The notes under the pieces: generated by a model
Databases searched by the model: none
Seen by the model: the letters and a program-made list of their open reading frames with translations, nothing else
What the model was told of the DNA's origin: nothing
Position numbers and translations under genes: made by a program
In this document: one piece after another, positions 59,881 to 64,000 of the stretch
How the letters are laid out: every line of letters starts with the position of its first letter
Numbering within the stretch: position 1 is the first letter of the stretch
Origin: Podarcis muralis
Lineage: Eukaryota
Assembly (NCBI RefSeq): GCF_964188315.1
Contig: NC_135657.1
Location: 52,762,001-52,826,000 of the forward strand
DNA length: 64,000 nucleotides
Reading direction: 5' to 3'

Positions 59881-59930
59881 AGATGGAGGATGCAAGTGTG
59901 CGGGAAGCTTCACTGAGGACTTGCAAAATT

Positions 59931-60125
59931 GTCCAGTAGCACCTTGGAGACCAACAAAGTTTGTTCTGGGTGTAAGCTTTCGTGTGCATGCACACTTCTT
60001 CAGATGCACACGAAAGCTTATAACCAGAACAAACTTTGTTGGTCTTTAAGGTGCTACTGGACATTTTTTAATTTTTTATATATATTTTGACTGCGTCAGA
60101 CCAACACGGCTACCTACCTGAATCT
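59931..60125. mobile_element. Penelope-like inverted-repeat remnant
   Basis: 59-bp arms at 59931-59989 and 60004-60062 (55/59 complementary) with a 14-nt loop. The agtagcacctt..gaccaac..agctttcgtg text resembles reptile Penelope-derived repeats. Confidence 0.65.
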
Positions 60126-61148
60126 GAGGACTTGCAGTTGTCACTCCCTCAGCCTTCCTCCCAGGAGCCCAGGGAGGTTAACTCGGGGTTTCCCCGCTGA
60201 AGCGATTCGAAATGATCGATTTACCCTCGTTTCTATTCCCTGCCCCCTCCCTGAAGGAGATCAGAGATTAGACGAACAACATTTTGTCCTCACAATAGGG
60301 TCCCCAGCTTCTGCGTGCTGTTAATCTGAAGAATATTTGTTGTAATTCTTTATTGTTACTTGTTTACAACATAACAACTATAACAATGTTGTCAGCACAA
60401 GTCAAACAGCCAGCTGCTTCTTTTTCCAGGGAGCATCCTTAAGCTCTAGACACTTTAACTTTAAATCAGACATGAACTCTAGAAAGTAAAGTCACAACCA
60501 AGGCCTGGAAGAGCGATGCCCACTCTTAACTTTTCCTTTCATATAGCTTGTTAATACCTAAATCATCAGTCAATCTGCTTTAAAATGCAGACTCATTCTT
60601 AACCTTATTATTAAATTTATTACCCAACCTTTACCCTAAGGTCCTATGAGAGGTTACAACAATTAAAAATACAGTTTACAACACTTAGAAAGCTTACACT
60701 TAAAAAAAAAAAGCAGCAAAAAAATAGTGTTGGTCCTGAAAATATATATTTAATGGGTCCTAAAGACCTGCATCTTCAGGATTCACCAAAAACACTGTAC
60801 ACTGAAGATTTGTTTTTCCGCTTTTCTGAAAGTCATTGTGCAAGATAATGATCTTCCCATTAATTTCTTCCTTGTTGGTCTGATTTGCCAATAGAAGTTC
60901 CCATATGAGCATGCAAACTAGTGTGCCTTAAACTCAGCACATAGACGGAGTTTGGCTCTGGAACCTGTTTTCAGTGCCAGGATTCAACCCTGGAACATAT
61001 GATGCAATACTAAAGAGTATCCAACCAGATAAATATCATGAATTACTTCATAGTATGCAATAAAACTATATTAAATTCTGTCCTATAAAAGATCTGATCA
61101 ATCACATGCACGACAAATCGCGTTGAGCTCCATTGTGAACTGCTAGCC

Positions 61149-61482
61149 CAGGGGTCTGCAACCTTTAAGACAAAAAGAGCCACTTGGACCCATTTCCGAA
61201 GAAAAAACAACAACTGGGAGCCGCAAAACCATTGCGACATTTAAAACAAATATATCTCTGGAGCCGCGATCTGACAGCGGGCGGGAAGGTGACGTCGGGA
61301 CGGTGCGTGACTAACGCACGCACCGCCCCCATGTGACGTCACAGCCAGTACAGCGCCCACCACAGTGGGGAGTGTTGGGGCGCACAATGCGCCTACTCCC
61401 CTCGCTAGTATCCGCCCCGGAGCCGCGGCAAAGTTGTAAAAGAGCCACATGTGGCTCCAGAGCCGCGGGTTGCAGACCCCTG
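61149..61482. mobile_element. Young hAT MITE upstream of ACAT2
   Basis: Perfect 15-bp TIR CAGGGGTCTGCAACC, perfect TSD TGCTAGCC (61141-61148, 61483-61490), and CpGs retained. Confidence 0.9.
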
Positions 61483-64000
61483 TGCTAGCCCATTTGCGGT
61501 AGTAAACCTCTAAGCTACAGTGAAGAACCCTGCCTTTTCCCTTTTTCCTCTGTTACCAGATGGGTAAATACTGCATCCCAACTTTCCTCTTATCTCCCAA
61601 AATTTTCTGTTTCATGACATGGAACCTTTTCTGGTTTTTCCATTTCTGCAAAGCTGGGCCTTTTAAGATTCTGCCTCGTAATTCCTATTTGATAACTCTC
61701 TGCTTATTCACCCCAATCTCTGCAATGGTAATTAAGTATATTGTCCAGGCACTGTATATTGTCCAGGCCTTGCTTGTGTACAGCATTATTCTATAGTGGT
61801 GTTTCAAGCTTCAAAACTGTATTATTACTTGCGAATCATTTTATATTGGCATGAAGCCAGCTCTAAACTTTTAGTCATTTTAAAAGAAATATTACAATTA
61901 TAACAAGAAGCAGCAAGCATACTAATATTGGTCTGTGTTAAATTCCCAAATGATGTAAGGTTATCAAAGCCAATACTAGTGCATATGTGGACATAATAAT
62001 CTCCAGTAAAGAATCCATGAATACTACTTTTTTATTCTGCTAAATTAGCCCTTCAGTGAACATGTGTGCAAGAGATGTTTGTGTAAATGTGTGTGCTAAC
62101 GCACTAGCAGATCTGGTGGTACTACCATTTTGCCTGTTGCTGTAAGTAGATGGGGGGATCTAGAAGCAGGAAAGGCCTGCTACCCAAGGTGAAAGTGAGT
62201 AAGTAGGCGAAAGGCAAACTTCTGTTTCTCCACCTGAGTCCCCTATGTGCAATATGGGAATAATAATAATTGATCCTACAGCGATAGTGTAAAATTACTG
62301 ATATTCTATGTGAAGTAGTCTGAATATTCTAAAGTACTGTACAAAACAAAGAGATATAATATGGGTTGTTTGCAATGAAGTTGTTCTCTTCCCCTCCCTC
62401 TCACCTCCTTGTGCACTCCCTCAAATCTGCTCTGCAGGGTTAGGGAAACCCCTAAAACAGATTGGGGGCTGGATGGTAGGAGGAGAGGGAGGTACAAGGG
62501 CACAAGTGGAAGTCCTTACATGACTGGAACAAGTTTGCTGGATACCATCCTATGTCATCACTGCAAATGATGGTCAAATGTCACATTAAGGTGAACTGCT
62601 AGTGTAATTAAATAATAGAGTTTAGAAAAGTTGGTAAATCAGCAACTATGAAAGTCAAGAGGTCCTTCTGAAGGTGAATGCCAGCAAAAATTTTAAGCCA
62701 AGAATCTACCACTCTTGGTACACTAAATAAACATTAACAAATAGTTGTAGGGATGTATGTGTGGATATCAGTAGTTCATTTCGTAATGACTTTTTGACAA
62801 AACGATACTGTGTTATTTCAATAAAAACTGCTGACGTCTGAGGGGATACTCAAAAGTGTATTCAGGATAGTAGTCACGATGAGTTTTTATTTTGCTCCTC
62901 CAACTTTTTAAAAACACCCCACTACCACCAATATATACATTACTAGCACCTTGAACCCAGTGTTGCTTGGGAATACTAATGCACTAAAAATCGGTGCAGT
63001 TTTGGAAGTTTCAGTCCATCATATTGATTCAAAATGGCATGCATACATAGACACAAACCTGCTTATTGATCTCAGGAACTGTCATGCAAAATTTGGCTAC
63101 GATATCTTACGAGGTTTCCAAATGCAGAACAACCAAACAATATAGTTACATAATGTGTGGCTGCATTTTCCACATCACATGCCTTTTTAAGAACTTGAAG
63201 ATTTATTGTTCAGAAGTATTAATGGTTCTTATGTACCACAAACAATTCTGCAACAGTTTAGAAAACTGAAATACATCAACTTATTAGAACAGTTCTGACT
63301 ACAAATTCTGCATCAACTTAAAACAATTAGTGAATAAAATATGGTTCTAGATTGGGGTATTTCCCCATTTGATTTCACTATTAAACAGTATGTATGGTAT
63401 TTATATTTGGTGGGACTACTACTACTGTAGCTTTCCAGTGTAGTAGTTGTGGTCCCACCACCAATGATAAAGCTGAATTTCACAGACCACCTGACTGGAG
63501 CTCATAAGACTACCAGAGGCTCACAGAACACCATCTGAGAACCTCTGACACAAAGATTATCCAAGATGATTGGATTGAATTATAATCGCCTTCACAGCAG
63601 TTACTCCTGTAACTATGTATTTACACTGGGGCATTGTTTCTTGTGAGTTCCCAGCCACTATGTCAAGACTACTCCAGTCTCTAGTGTGTTAAGAGCTATG
63701 AATACCAGCTGTGGCATCTGCTTCACTTTTCTTGTGTCCTGATCTTATGAGTTATGACCACCTGTTATCTAATATCATTTGATACCTATCCTCCAGGATT
63801 AATATTCCTTGTTTTGAGGCTGCCTTCATGAACAGTCGCCCACTGCCTGGACCTCCTATGAGTCTCTCCCTTTGCAATTGTTGACCACTTTTGACCTCTT
63901 TAGGCAACTCTGCTTGTCAGTAAATTTCTGAACAAGCTCATCTTATTGGCCCTGGTTCTGTTAAAGGTTGTTCATACCATGACTCACCTTGATACTGTTT

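Noticed and set aside
62945-63135. Possible Helitron/DNA-element terminus (gcaaaatttggctacgatatc...aaccaaacaat)
   Set aside because: No TSD, partner end or second copy in the window, so it cannot be classified.
60130-64000. Expected WTAP 3' end by synteny
   Set aside because: No WTAP coding exon is recognisable. The region looks like AT-rich intergenic DNA with repeat remnants.

Overview
Eukaryotic genomic DNA from a squamate reptile, probably a lacertid lizard (inferred from Sauria SINEs and lizard-type MITE/L2 repeats). The window is the conserved MAS1-PNLDC1-MRPL18-TCP1-ACAT2 block (human 6q25.3 synteny). It holds two tandem, single-coding-exon MAS1-like GPCR genes (+), PNLDC1 (-, 19 coding exons, ~531 aa), MRPL18 (-, 4 coding exons, 187 aa), TCP1/CCT1 (+, 12 exons, 558 aa) and ACAT2 (-, 9 exons, 396 aa). 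All four multi-exon models were assembled by hand from splice sites and close in frame. TCP1 hosts three H/ACA snoRNAs (two SNORA29-like, one SNORA20-like) and a U12-type intron. The MRPL18/TCP1 bidirectional promoter has a perfect 4-unit heat-shock element. Introns contain many transposon copies (mariner/Tigger-type and hAT MITEs, L2, CR1, L1, an RTE/Rex-like LINE, Sauria SINE, a Penelope-like hairpin), several nested and with intact TSDs. There is a 131-N assembly gap at 28927-29057. Most interesting: a MAS paralog missing D2.50 and NPxxY, a duplicated SNORA29, a possible TCP1/ACAT2 3' overlap outside mammals, a candidate alternative ACAT2 promoter/first exon, and a composite CpG-rich hAT element beside the PNLDC1 promoter. 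I found no clearly new biological system. Family and ortholog assignments are from memory, not from database searches.
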